Below are positions 1 to 8,436 of a stretch of 51,894 nucleotides of DNA, piece after piece (the stretch's first letter is position 1; the number at the start of each line of letters is the position of its first letter). Location of the stretch: the NCBI GenBank assembly GCA_963713825.1, contig CAVQNG010000002.1, positions 1 to 51,894 on the forward strand, read 5' to 3'. The notes beneath the pieces were generated by a model that was not told the origin of the DNA, did not search any database, and was given only the letters and a program-made list of their open reading frames with translations. The translations under genes were made by a program, and so were the position numbers. Source of the DNA: an uncultured Acidobacteriota bacterium (lineage in GTDB: Bacteria > Acidobacteriota > Thermoanaerobaculia > Multivoradales > JAHEKO01).

Positions 1-13
1 GTTTCGACTGGTC

Positions 14-167
14 ACTTCGTAGTCACCCTCTCGGGCGACCGCATCCCCGCATCGTGCGAGAACCACCTTGGGTGTCCGCCCCAGGTTGGCGGGCCTGGTC
101 ACTTGCCAGGCCACTCCTGATGCTGGTTCTTTTGTACCGCGGAAACTGTCAAGGTCTGTCAGTGGAG
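14..167 (-). ncRNA. Putative structured RNA / conserved non-coding element, copy 1 (may extend past the left edge)
   Basis: Colinear with 8031-8188 (shared GACCGCATCCCCGC, CGAGAACCACCTTGGGTGTCCG, GAAACTGTCA, CAGTGGAG). The minus strand folds into 4 hairpins, e.g. GGCCTGG/CCAGGCC, TTCTCGCA-CGA-TGCGGGGA and GTCGCCC-GAGA-GGGTGAC (GNRA loop), with G-U pairs that work only on the minus strand. Confidence 0.5.
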
Positions 168-200
168 TCCACCCTCCGGCTGACTACGCCCTGCAAGCTC

Positions 201-923
201 TCACCGAGTGCGCCCAGAAAGGTCGAACTCGGGGGCCTGTGCGGGGCGGTGGAGAGGGACTCGCTCTCGAGCACCACCGCCGGTTCGTGACAACCATCCG
301 ACGACGGCCAGGGTGACCACAATCTGGGCCAGAATGACGAGCGTCAACAGAGTGACCCGCCCCGCGAGCTGGGCTTCGATCCCTACTACCTGCGGCAGGA
401 ACAAGCTCAGATTGGCCGCGTTGAACGCGATGATCCCGAGCAGCAGCCATCGCGATCCCCGGTAGATGCGCCAGCATGCGATGCCGAATCCGAGCTCCAG
501 TAGAAACGCCAGAACGGGTGCGCTGCCGTAGAGTCCCGCACCCAGTTTGTTTCCGGCGAGGCCGGGTGCGATCGAGATGTCGGGACTGTGGGTCACCAGG
601 TCCAACACGAGATGAGACGCTATTCCCAGCGCGACGGCGATCGCGGTCTTCGGTCTTCCGAGAGCGAATCGGATCAACGCCCACGCCGCCAGGGAAAGAA
701 GGGTCGTCGTGGCAATGGAGTGGGACCACGGCATGTGTGCCAGATGAATGTTCTGAACTGAACGAACGGTGGCGTCGGTCGTCGTGGTTTCGACACCCAT
801 CAGGTTCAGAGCGACCCATAGGAGCTCGACCGCTTGAACAGCCAGCAGAATGAGAGCCATGCGAACGGTCGGGTAGCGTCGTTTGAGCACGAGCGCCGCG
901 GCGGCGTGATTGATGGCGAACAT
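201..923 (-). CDS. Multi-pass membrane protein (possible metal-dependent membrane hydrolase-like)
   Basis: 240 aa, several hydrophobic helices, His motifs (INH, PWSHS, SHLVLD), GGAG RBS upstream. Confidence 0.7.
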   Translation of the reverse strand: MFAINHAAAALVLKRRYPTVRMALILLAVQAVELLWVALNLMGVETTTTDATVRSVQNIHLAHMPWSHSIATTTLLSLAAWALIRFALGRPKTAIAVALGIASHLVLDLVTHSPDISIAPGLAGNKLGAGLYGSAPVLAFLLELGFGIACWRIYRGSRWLLLGIIAFNAANLSLFLPQVVGIEAQLAGRVTLLTLVILAQIVVTLAVVGWLSRTGGGARERVPLHRPAQAPEFDLSGRTR

Positions 924-942
924 TGTCAGCTCCTATTCTTGA

Positions 943-960
943 AGTTAGCAATTGCTAACT
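943..960. promoter_or_regulatory. TetR operator, perfect palindrome AGTTAGCAATTGCTAACT
   Basis: 18-bp perfect inverted repeat ~20 bp upstream of the 923 start; near-identical copy at 1609-1626. Confidence 0.8.
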
Positions 961-979
961 CCGCAGTCAAAAAAAACTC

Positions 980-1582
980 CTAGCGCTTGACCAGGGCCAG
1001 AATCCTCTGGGTGAACGGCTCAGCCCAGTCGGTAGCTGGGCGGGCGAGCAGCCCGAGGTAGCCCATCCTCGAGAGCTGCTGGATTCCGCCGATGATGATG
1101 GCCGAGGTGAGATCGAGGTCGAGATCCTCGCCGATCTCCCCGCGGTCGATCGCCGAGGTCAGCATCCGGTTGATCTGCCCGACGAAAGTGTCGCCGGCGA
1201 CGTCCGCCCGAACCTCGGGCCAGAAGTGCTGGATGTTGTCGGACAGGTAGATCACGACTTCGGGAGCGGTCTCGAATTGCTGGAAGAAAGTCTCGCTGTA
1301 GGCGGCGAACTGGGCCGCGAACGATTCGAACTCGCCTCCGACCACTCTTTCGAGTGCCGAGTGGAGCCACCGGTAGCAAGAGACGAACAGCTCCTGCGCC
1401 AGCGCCTCCTTGCTCCTGTAGTGCTTGTAGAGCGCTGGATTCGAAAGCCCCGCCACCGCGCCGATGTCGCGGATACTCGTCTCGCAAAGGCCCTTCTCGG
1501 TGAACAATTGGAGTGCAGCGCGCAGAATACTCTGTTTGCCAGGTGCGGCCCCCGGTGCGAGCTGTATGCCGTCATTGCTCAT
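980..1582 (-). CDS. TetR/AcrR family transcriptional regulator
   Basis: N-terminal HTH ILRAALQLFTEKGLCETSIRDIGAVAGLSNPALYKHYRSKEAL. ATG at 1582 preferred because the longer ORF start overlaps the operator. Confidence 0.92.
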   Translation of the reverse strand: MSNDGIQLAPGAAPGKQSILRAALQLFTEKGLCETSIRDIGAVAGLSNPALYKHYRSKEALAQELFVSCYRWLHSALERVVGGEFESFAAQFAAYSETFFQQFETAPEVVIYLSDNIQHFWPEVRADVAGDTFVGQINRMLTSAIDRGEIGEDLDLDLTSAIIIGGIQQLSRMGYLGLLARPATDWAEPFTQRILALVKR

Positions 1583-1608
1583 GGCTCGGTTTCTTCCTGT
1601 TGGCCGTA

Positions 1609-1626
1609 AGTTAGCATTTGCTAACC
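1609..1626. promoter_or_regulatory. TetR autoregulatory operator AGTTAGCATTTGCTAACC
   Basis: GTTAGCA-NN-TGCTAAC palindrome just upstream of tetR, matching 943-960. Confidence 0.8.
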
Positions 1627-1850
1627 CAAGTGTCAAGCTCGACCCTCCGCAGCTTCGTCAAGGCGCCCCGACTCACCGGCAGCACCCGGTTGACCGGGGG
1701 CTCGAGCTTGACCTCCCAGTCACGACCCTCGTCCCGCCGGCCGATGAGGTGGACGCGTCGCAGGTTCACCACGTACTCGCGATGGATCTGAAGGAATCCA
1801 TGGGGAACGAACAGTGGCACCAGCTCACGAAGAGGCCGCATGTCCAGCAC
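1611..1850 (-). pseudogene. LytTR DNA-binding domain fragment (probably 5'-truncated)
   Basis: GFLQIHREYVVNLRRV...LPVSR is a LytTR signature; lacks the N-terminal part and abuts REP-like hairpins upstream. Confidence 0.6.
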
Positions 1851-1885
1851 CGGCTGGCATCTGTGCGCCTTGGAGAAACCTTTGA

Positions 1886-1908
1886 AGCGGCCGGCGCCCC
1901 TGCCGGCC
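1886..1908. repeat. REP-like hairpin family B (AGCGGCCGGCGCCCCTGCCGGCC), copy 1
   Basis: Identical 23-mer at 6387-6409; stem GGCCGGC/GCCGGCC; intergenic. Confidence 0.65.
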
Positions 1909-1956
1909 GGGGCGTGCGGGTGTGTCCGGACCTGTGCCGGCCGGGGAGGGAGGCGG

Positions 1957-1982
1957 TGCAGGGGCGGGGCTTGCCCCCGCCC
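1957..1982 (+). repeat. GTAG-type REP element family A, copy 1 (GCAG variant)
   Basis: TGCAGGGGCGGGGCTTGCCCCCGCCC; matches the reverse complement of 42444-42469 and 47154-47179. Confidence 0.75.
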
Positions 1983-1990
1983 GTGTCATC

Positions 1991-2380
1991 TCAGCTGCCC
2001 AATAGATCGTCAGCCAGCACCTTGATGCCGCATTTGGGGCACTCGACGTCGCCTTCGGGTGTCACGTTGGTGTGATCGACGAATGCCAACGGGCGCCCCT
2101 GGTCGCCGAAGAGCACATCGCACCAGGGGCAGCGCACCTCGGCCTCCATCTTCGGCCGGCGGGTCTCCGCCAGCTTCTTGACGCTCTCGAGAGTAGGCGC
2201 GCGATCACCATCGAGAACCCCGGCATCCTGCATCAGCCCTACGAGCTCCTCCCAGGAAAGCTCGATCGAACGAATCTGATAGTCGAGGATGCGGATGCGC
2301 AGGCCGTCCTCGGTCCATTCGATCACGCAGCCGTCCGTCGGCAGGTGAAGTCGCCCTCGTGGTTTGCTCGGCTCGCTCAT
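1991..2380 (-). CDS. Hypothetical protein with C-terminal zinc ribbon
   Basis: 129 aa; CPWC...CPKC; possible promoter ATGACA-17-TAGACT upstream. Confidence 0.65.
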   Translation of the reverse strand: MSEPSKPRGRLHLPTDGCVIEWTEDGLRIRILDYQIRSIELSWEELVGLMQDAGVLDGDRAPTLESVKKLAETRRPKMEAEVRCPWCDVLFGDQGRPLAFVDHTNVTPEGDVECPKCGIKVLADDLLGS

Positions 2381-2522
2381 GACAAGGTGAAGGGGAGTCT
2401 ACCGGTGGTCGGGTGCCCTGTCATCGAGAAATCCTCGAAGCTCGTACCCGTCACGCCCACAAGGCCCAGCGCAGCGACCGTCAAGGCCTGATAATAGACG
2501 TATGTACATGATTCGATGGAAC

Positions 2523-3644
2523 TTAGGCCAACTCCCACCACCTCCGCCTGGCCTGCTCGATCAGCTCGAAAACCCGGCCGTCGTCGGAGTCGGTGGTGCG
2601 GCCGGTGAGTTTGCTCGTCCAACGATCAGGCAGAGCCTCACGGCCATGGAGGGCCCCGACCGCGGCACCGACGATGGCTGCGATCGTGTCGTTGTCCCGG
2701 GTGTCGTTGACGGCCCGCACCATCGCGGCCTCGGCATCGTCCCCATGGCACATCAAGATGTAGAGCACGCAGGGCACCGTCTCCAGCAGATAGGCGCCCG
2801 AGTACCAACTCTCACAGGCCTCCAGCGTTGAGAGGCCCCGTTCATAAGCGGCTGGCACCTTCTCCTCGACGAACCGCCACAGCGATCCCTGATAGTCCGG
2901 GAAGTCGCCGGCTCTCGGCCGGTAGTCCTCCCGGTGCTCGAGCTCTCTGGCCACCCGAACATAAGAGTCCACCCACCACTGGGGCTCGGGTGCCGTGGTC
3001 CTGCCCAGCAGCTCCCAGAGAATCGAGACAAAGGCCACGCAAGCAGCGATCGAGGCCGAGTCGTTGTGAGTGATCGCGGCAGAGAGGGCAGTGTCGGTCC
3101 ACAGCTCGGGTGAGGGCTCTCGCAAGTGCGGCACCAGGATGGGGGCGATGCGCATCAGGGCCCCGTTGCCGGCCGATTGGGGTCCACATTTCCACCAGGG
3201 TCGTGTGCCGCCCTTGTAGTTCCGGAGGAAACCCCTCACTGTCGATCCAAGGCCGAAGATCTTGCCCCGGCAGAAGCGTGCCGCCACCCGGTCGGGGTCG
3301 AAGCCATCGTCCTCCAGCATCTGCTCCAGGGCCCAGAAGGCGAGCTGTGTGTCGTCGGAGGGGTAGCCCTCCTTTCTGCCGTTGTATCGATTCGGCAGGT
3401 AGTCGCGAATCTCCCCGTGTACCTCGCGTCGAATCTCCGGCACTAGGCCCTCGGACGTGATCCCCAACGCATCGCCAACCGCCAGCCCCAGCAGCATTCC
3501 CTCGACCTTGGAGAACGAGGTCTCACCCGGCAGTGGGGAAGGATCGTTGTCGAAGATCTCCGAGGCCTGAATGTCGATCGCCTCGTCCTTCAGAAGCTGG
3601 TTCAGCAGCGTGCGATTCGCCGTGTCAGCTGTGGTCGAGCTCAT
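2523..3644 (-). CDS. ADP-ribosylglycohydrolase (DraG/ARH family)
   Basis: GMLLGLAVGDALG, SDDTQ, SAGNGALMRIAP, ITH and DNDTIAAIVGA motifs intact; ATG 3644 with GAAGGAG RBS. Confidence 0.93.
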   Translation of the reverse strand: MSSTTADTANRTLLNQLLKDEAIDIQASEIFDNDPSPLPGETSFSKVEGMLLGLAVGDALGITSEGLVPEIRREVHGEIRDYLPNRYNGRKEGYPSDDTQLAFWALEQMLEDDGFDPDRVAARFCRGKIFGLGSTVRGFLRNYKGGTRPWWKCGPQSAGNGALMRIAPILVPHLREPSPELWTDTALSAAITHNDSASIAACVAFVSILWELLGRTTAPEPQWWVDSYVRVARELEHREDYRPRAGDFPDYQGSLWRFVEEKVPAAYERGLSTLEACESWYSGAYLLETVPCVLYILMCHGDDAEAAMVRAVNDTRDNDTIAAIVGAAVGALHGREALPDRWTSKLTGRTTDSDDGRVFELIEQARRRWWELA

Positions 3645-3708
3645 ATTCGGTACTCCTTCAGTGTGCCCCGAAGCCCCAGTGGCGCATTGTCGCGGCCCCA
3701 TGTTGGCA

Positions 3709-4251
3709 TCAGTCCGGCATGCCGACAACGTCCGGCCCGAACGGTCGCGCACAGGCGGTCTTCCGACCGGTCCTCGGATGGATGTAGAGGTCACAGCCAT
3801 CTCTGTGACCTTCTGCGGCCCGCCAACGATCGGCCCCCTTCTTGGGGGTATAGACGAAATCCTTGCTCAGCGACTCCTCGTAGCACCAGTCACGGGGAAC
3901 AGCCAACTCCCCTGGCTCGGTCCCCGTCTGCCAGGCGTAGGCAGGGCCGTCCATTTGGCGCTCATAGACGAGCCAGTCACAGGTCGAGGTCGGCCCGCTG
4001 AGCTGATCGACCACCGCCACATCGCGGAATCGCTTCTCGGAGTCGACCCACAGGAGCCCCCGCTTCTGCAGGCAACGAACGAAGAACCCGACGTCGTTCG
4101 GTACCATGAATCCCACGCGGGTCAGTCGGCCATCGGTGCAAAACGTCTTGTTGGGGCAACCGAGGCGGTAGGCGACCACACCTCCGGGGAACTTCTCCTC
4201 CAGAGTCTCAGTCCGCACGACTACCGAAATGCCCTCGATGAGAATGCTCAT
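3709..4251 (-). CDS. Conserved hypothetical protein
   Basis: 180 aa globular ORF with AAAGAACGGAGG RBS, co-oriented with the ARH gene. Confidence 0.7.
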   Translation of the reverse strand: MSILIEGISVVVRTETLEEKFPGGVVAYRLGCPNKTFCTDGRLTRVGFMVPNDVGFFVRCLQKRGLLWVDSEKRFRDVAVVDQLSGPTSTCDWLVYERQMDGPAYAWQTGTEPGELAVPRDWCYEESLSKDFVYTPKKGADRWRAAEGHRDGCDLYIHPRTGRKTACARPFGPDVVGMPD

Positions 4252-4291
4252 GAGATCCTCCGTTCTTTGCGTCGATTGGTTCGTGCCCTAC

Positions 4292-4888
4292 TCAATTCCC
4301 GTCCACCACACGGTCGGGCCTGACCAGAAGGGCAGAAGCGGTGAGCCGCACTCTGCTTTCTAGGAGCGACTGTGCGTCCATCGACAGCCCCGCTTTGTCC
4401 ATGCGCCTTCGCAGCGCGGGCTCCACTTCCTCCCAAACCGTGTTGGCGACCCAAGAGCGCCGGCGCCAGCGGAAAGAAAGGTCCAGGGGAGAGTCTCGGC
4501 CCAGCGGGGGTAGCTCCCCGAGGCGAGATTCGAGCTCCCTGCCGAGTTGCTCTTCGAAGCTCTGCGCCAGGTGCTCCACGATCTCGGCTTCCTCGTCGGG
4601 GGACGGATCGGCCGCGACCGGTTCTTCTGCCACTTCGCCCGGAGTCTCGAAGGCCTCGATGGCCGAGCGCTCTCGCCGAGTGGATTCGCGCCACCACAAG
4701 ATGAGAGCAGCGGCGCCGGCTCCCATCCCGACCAGGCCGAACAGCACCTCTGGGCGAAGCAGGTCGGGAGGAGTCTGACTCCATTGCCGGACAATCGCGC
4801 GCAAGGCGAGAAACAGAATCACGCCGACGATGAAGTTGCGAGACGAAGACTCCTGCTCAACACTTTCAGCCACTGCGTCGCGTGTCAT
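4292..4888 (-). CDS. Hypothetical membrane protein (2 TM helices plus acidic tail)
   Basis: 198 aa, two hydrophobic segments, GGGAGG RBS. Confidence 0.65.
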   Translation of the reverse strand: MTRDAVAESVEQESSSRNFIVGVILFLALRAIVRQWSQTPPDLLRPEVLFGLVGMGAGAAALILWWRESTRRERSAIEAFETPGEVAEEPVAADPSPDEEAEIVEHLAQSFEEQLGRELESRLGELPPLGRDSPLDLSFRWRRRSWVANTVWEEVEPALRRRMDKAGLSMDAQSLLESRVRLTASALLVRPDRVVDGN

Positions 4889-4972
4889 TCAGACCTCCCG
4901 TCGCTGGATCGGTTCGCCGTAGCACAATTCCACCAACCTATTGTGCATCCTTCAACTGTCAACGGCTGACAG
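4754..4972 (+). repeat. 219-bp direct repeat, copy 1
   Basis: Aligns to 6488-6706 with 6 substitutions counted by eye; covers the promoter and first 45 codons of the 4292-4888 gene. Confidence 0.95.
4940..4971 (-). promoter_or_regulatory. TGTCA-N5-TGACA-N11-CACAAT box (candidate WYL-dependent promoter)
   Basis: Same geometry as 31207-31238, 42508-42539 and 8168-8199; points to the 4888 gene. Confidence 0.5.
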
Positions 4973-5264
4973 CGATTCCAAACGCCTTGTAAGGTGGGCA
5001 CACTTCTCAATTCACCTCTCCTTCATCCTCTGGGCTAGAGACGGGAATGGCCGGAAATGAGAAAAACCGCTCATCCTGCATCAGGAGCACGGGTCTTCGC
5101 TTGGTGTCAGTGCTCGATGCCTACTTCAGGAAAGATAGCAACGTCGCAGTCCGTCTATGGAAGTAGCGGTCGAGCTAGTGACATGCAGCCTTTTATTTTC
5201 GAAAATGAACTATAATGAAAATAAAGAAGGCGCCCATTAGCGACTGTGAAAATAGGGAATTGCC

Positions 5265-6362
5265 ATGACTGTAGTCTTCAAACCAAACTCCTTTCCGCCA
5301 TTGCTCGAATGGACACCGGAGTTGGTGAGAGATCTCTCCGAGGCTGACCGCGCCATTGGTCGACTCGCCGGCGAAGGTAGCCAATGGCCAACCCCGAGTC
5401 TGTTGACGCAGGCCTTTGTGCGCCGAGAGGCCGTCGATTCCAGCCGTATCGAGGGAACCCAAACGACGCTGGAAGAGCTCTTGGTTGCCGAGGCAGGGGG
5501 TAGGGTGGAAAGCTCATCAGCGGATCTCCAGGAGGTTGAAAACTACGTGGCAGCGATGGAGTACGGTATCGACCGACTGGGCTCCCTGCCGCTTTCCTTG
5601 CGCCTCGTTCGCGAGCTTCATGCGCTGCTGATGAGGGGTGTTCGGGGCGAGCAGTCGAAACCAGGTGAGTTCCGAAGATCTCAGAATTGGATCGGGTCTT
5701 CAGGTTGCACGCTCGAGCAAGCGACCTATGTCCCGCCCTCGGTTCCTGAGATGCTCGAAGCTCTCGACCGTTGGGAGCGCTTTCTTCATGACACGAAGCT
5801 CCCACCTCTGGTTCAGATCGGCCTGGCCCATTGTCAGTTCGAGGCGATTCATCCCTTCCTGGATGGTAACGGGCGTATTGGCCGTTTACTTGTCACGCTC
5901 TTCCTTGTCGAGCGAGGCATTCTGCAGACGCCCCTGCTTTATCTGAGTGGCTTCTTCGAGGCCACCAGAAACGACTACTACGGTCGCCTCCTGGCTGTGA
6001 GCGAGAGCGGAGATTGGCAGGGGTGGTTGCGGTACTTCCTGGTCGGTGTGACACGACAGTCGGACGATGCCCTGGGCAGGGTGGAGCGGATCCACGATCT
6101 CCTGAGAGGCTGGCGTTCGGCCATGGCTGGTCAATCTTCGAGAGTGCCGGTGGCGCTGGTGGGGCTGCTCGGAGACAATCCGTTCTGGACCATCACGAAA
6201 ATAGCCGAGCGGTTGGGTGTCGCTTATACAACGGCCCAACGGGCCGTTGAGGAGCTCGAGAGGGAGTCCATTCTGCAGCAGTTCGGGGACGGTAGGCGCT
6301 ATCGTGTGTTCTGTGCCCGAGCGATTCTCGACATTCTCGAAGAGCCCGCCGACCTCGGGTGA
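5265..6362 (+). CDS. Fic family protein (class II-like, N-terminal inhibitory motif, C-terminal HTH)
   Basis: Canonical HPFLDGNGRIGR; SSRIEG inhibitory motif; C-terminal wHTH (TITKIAERLGVAYTTAQRAV). Confidence 0.95.
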   Translation: MTVVFKPNSFPPLLEWTPELVRDLSEADRAIGRLAGEGSQWPTPSLLTQAFVRREAVDSSRIEGTQTTLEELLVAEAGGRVESSSADLQEVENYVAAMEYGIDRLGSLPLSLRLVRELHALLMRGVRGEQSKPGEFRRSQNWIGSSGCTLEQATYVPPSVPEMLEALDRWERFLHDTKLPPLVQIGLAHCQFEAIHPFLDGNGRIGRLLVTLFLVERGILQTPLLYLSGFFEATRNDYYGRLLAVSESGDWQGWLRYFLVGVTRQSDDALGRVERIHDLLRGWRSAMAGQSSRVPVALVGLLGDNPFWTITKIAERLGVAYTTAQRAVEELERESILQQFGDGRRYRVFCARAILDILEEPADLG

Positions 6363-6622
6363 AACCGTCCCACCTGGCCGCTCCACAGCGGCCGGCGCCC
6401 CTGCCGGCCACAGCCCACGCAGTAGCGGTACCCGCGCTCGAGGATCAACTCGTCGAGAGTCAGTGAGTTGGCGCCACCACTCTCCGTGCGAAGCAGGTCG
6501 GGAGGAGTTTGACTCCATTGCCGGACAATCGCGCGCAAGGCTAGAAACAGAATCACGCCGACGATGAGGTTGCGAGACGAAGACTCCTGCTCAACACTTT
6601 CAGCCACTGCGTCGCGTGTCAT
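6299..6622 (-). pseudogene. Truncated duplicate of the 4292-4888 gene
   Basis: First 45 aa nearly identical, then unrelated sequence running into a REP-like hairpin and the Fic 3' end. Confidence 0.7.
6387..6409. repeat. REP-like hairpin family B, copy 2
   Basis: Identical to 1886-1908; just after the Fic stop codon. Confidence 0.65.
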
Positions 6623-6706
6623 TCAGACCTCCCGTCGCTGGATCGGTTCGGCGTAGCGCAACTCCACCAACCTATTGTGCATCCTTCAACTGTCAACGGC
6701 TGACAG
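6488..6706 (+). repeat. 219-bp direct repeat, copy 2
   Basis: Offset 1734 bp from 4754-4972. Confidence 0.95.
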
Positions 6707-6758
6707 TGGTGTGGGTGAGGATTCAAGACCAATGGAAAAGCACTACGGAGGAGAGCGT

Positions 6759-7193
6759 ATGAAGACCTCGCTAATGGTGTTGTTACCGTTGCTTACCTTG
6801 GTTTGCAGTTCCGGGCCCGAGCAGGGCGAGTTGCCTGAGATCTCTCAGTTGGGCGGTTCTCTGACGGAGATGTGTCGAGATGCTGCCCTGTTGGTCGAGG
6901 GTGAGACCTGGACAGAGGATGTGCCAACCGTTCCCACGATCAACATCTCCTGGTGCGCGGGGTATGTGCTCGGCCTGAAGGACACCGTCGCGGTCGTTTC
7001 AGCGCAAGCCGGGTTGTTCTGCGTGCCGTCATCCGCGACTTCCTGGCAGCTCATCGAGCCGATTGTCGAGTTTGCCGCTCAGCACCCCGAGTCGCAGGGG
7101 CTGCACAGGGCCGCGCTGGCGATTCAGGCGTGGTCTGCGGCGTTTCCGTGCTCTCAGGAGTCGCCGCTTTCGCAGCCTCGGCTGCTGGGTTGA
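6759..7193 (+). CDS. Rap1a-like (T6SS amidase immunity-type) exported protein
   Basis: Signal peptide; C..CAGYVLG..D..FCVP..QL..F...HPE......A......AFPC pattern typical of Rap1a; GGAGGAG RBS before ATG 6759. Confidence 0.75.
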   Translation: MKTSLMVLLPLLTLVCSSGPEQGELPEISQLGGSLTEMCRDAALLVEGETWTEDVPTVPTINISWCAGYVLGLKDTVAVVSAQAGLFCVPSSATSWQLIEPIVEFAAQHPESQGLHRAALAIQAWSAAFPCSQESPLSQPRLLG

Positions 7194-7208
7194 CCTACAC
7201 TTCAATCG

Positions 7209-8006
7209 ATGCAGAGTGAATCACAGGACCGTGCTGCCGGAACCCTGATCGGCCTGGCCGCAGGCGACAAGAACCATGGTCCCAGTGAGATGGCCTGGCG
7301 GTTGGCAAGCAGCTTGGCGGAGTTGCAGCACTTCGACCCAGAAGATGTGTTTGCCCGATACCTCGAGTGGCATCGTCAGGGTTCTTACGACACGGGTGAG
7401 GTAGCGCAGGTCGTCTTCGATCACGCGGTCGCTGGAGTCGAGCGCGGCGAGGCAGTGGCGCGGGCCCACAAGCAGCTCGATGGACTCACCGCAGGGGTCA
7501 ACACGGCACACCGCGTGGCGCCGCTCGCCATGGCCTCGTTCATCGCAGACGAAGACCTAGCGGCAGCGGCCCACCGGGAATCAGCTCTCACCCATGCCCA
7601 TCCCCTGGCAGGAGATACTGCAGCAGCGGTGGCGATTCTCTGCCGCAAGCTGATACGGGGATTCCCCTGGGAGGAAGCTCTGGCAGAAGCGGCCAACAGT
7701 AAGTTACCCGAGGTTGCGGCTGCACTTCGGCCAGAGGAGTCCAAGGCCGATCCGCTTTCACGTGGTGGCTTCGCGCCCGAGACGCTGCGAGCTGCCGTGT
7801 GGCACCTCAACAATGCGCGTAGCTTCGACGAGGCGCTGGCCAAGAGCCTCGAGTTCGCTGGCCCAGCAAAATACTGCCCTGTCTTGGTTGGAGCTATTGG
7901 TGGAGCCCTGTGGGGTGCACCTGCTATCCCCGAAAAGGAACTACTCGAGCATCCCCTTGTCGATGAGATCCGAGTTGTTGCCGAGGACCTGGCTTCTTCG
8001 TGGTAA
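7209..8006 (+). CDS. ADP-ribosylglycohydrolase-family protein, divergent active site
   Basis: GTLIGLAAGD, TAGVNTAHRVAPL, LTH and VGAIGGALWG align to the ARH fold, but the xDDT and DxDT acidic motifs are absent. Confidence 0.8.
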   Translation: MQSESQDRAAGTLIGLAAGDKNHGPSEMAWRLASSLAELQHFDPEDVFARYLEWHRQGSYDTGEVAQVVFDHAVAGVERGEAVARAHKQLDGLTAGVNTAHRVAPLAMASFIADEDLAAAAHRESALTHAHPLAGDTAAAVAILCRKLIRGFPWEEALAEAANSKLPEVAAALRPEESKADPLSRGGFAPETLRAAVWHLNNARSFDEALAKSLEFAGPAKYCPVLVGAIGGALWGAPAIPEKELLEHPLVDEIRVVAEDLASSW

Positions 8007-8030
8007 TCGGAGATCAAGGGGTCTGCAAAG

Positions 8031-8188
8031 ACTTCTTTGTCACCTCTTCTTGTGACCGCATCCCCGCTCTTGACGAGAACCACCTTGGGTGTCCGTCCCA
8101 GGGTGGTAGGCCCAGCGTTGTGTCGAGCTACTGCCGAGGCGGCTGTCTCCGTTGTTGATGGAGAAACTGTCAGGCGCCGGCAGTGGAG
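8031..8188 (-). ncRNA. Putative structured RNA / conserved non-coding element, copy 2
   Basis: Homologous to 14-167; stems kept with different sequence (GTCAC/GTGAC, ACCACC/GGTGGT, TTCTCGT/GCGGGGA). Confidence 0.5.
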
Positions 8189-8199
8189 GGGTCTAATCT
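8168..8199 (+). promoter_or_regulatory. TGTCA-N5-CGGCA-N11-TAATCT box
   Basis: Degenerate second half-site but a good TANNNT at the conserved spacing; points to the 8437 gene. Confidence 0.4.
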
Positions 8200-8436
8200 G
8201 ACAACAGATGAAGGAACCTCTTCTCTCATGGCTATGAGTGCTCTTTGTGCGCTATTCAACTGAAGAGACCTGCGCAGAACCCCATAATTGGAGTCGAAGA
8301 ACTTCAAGCCGGGGCGCAGCAAGAGAGCGCCTTTTAGAGAGCGGAGGGGGTACGGTTCGACAGTCTCGCCGAAATGGTAGTTGGCGCTCTTCAGTAGCCA
8401 GCAACCCATCTCAAGTCAAGAGCGGAGGGAGAGGTC

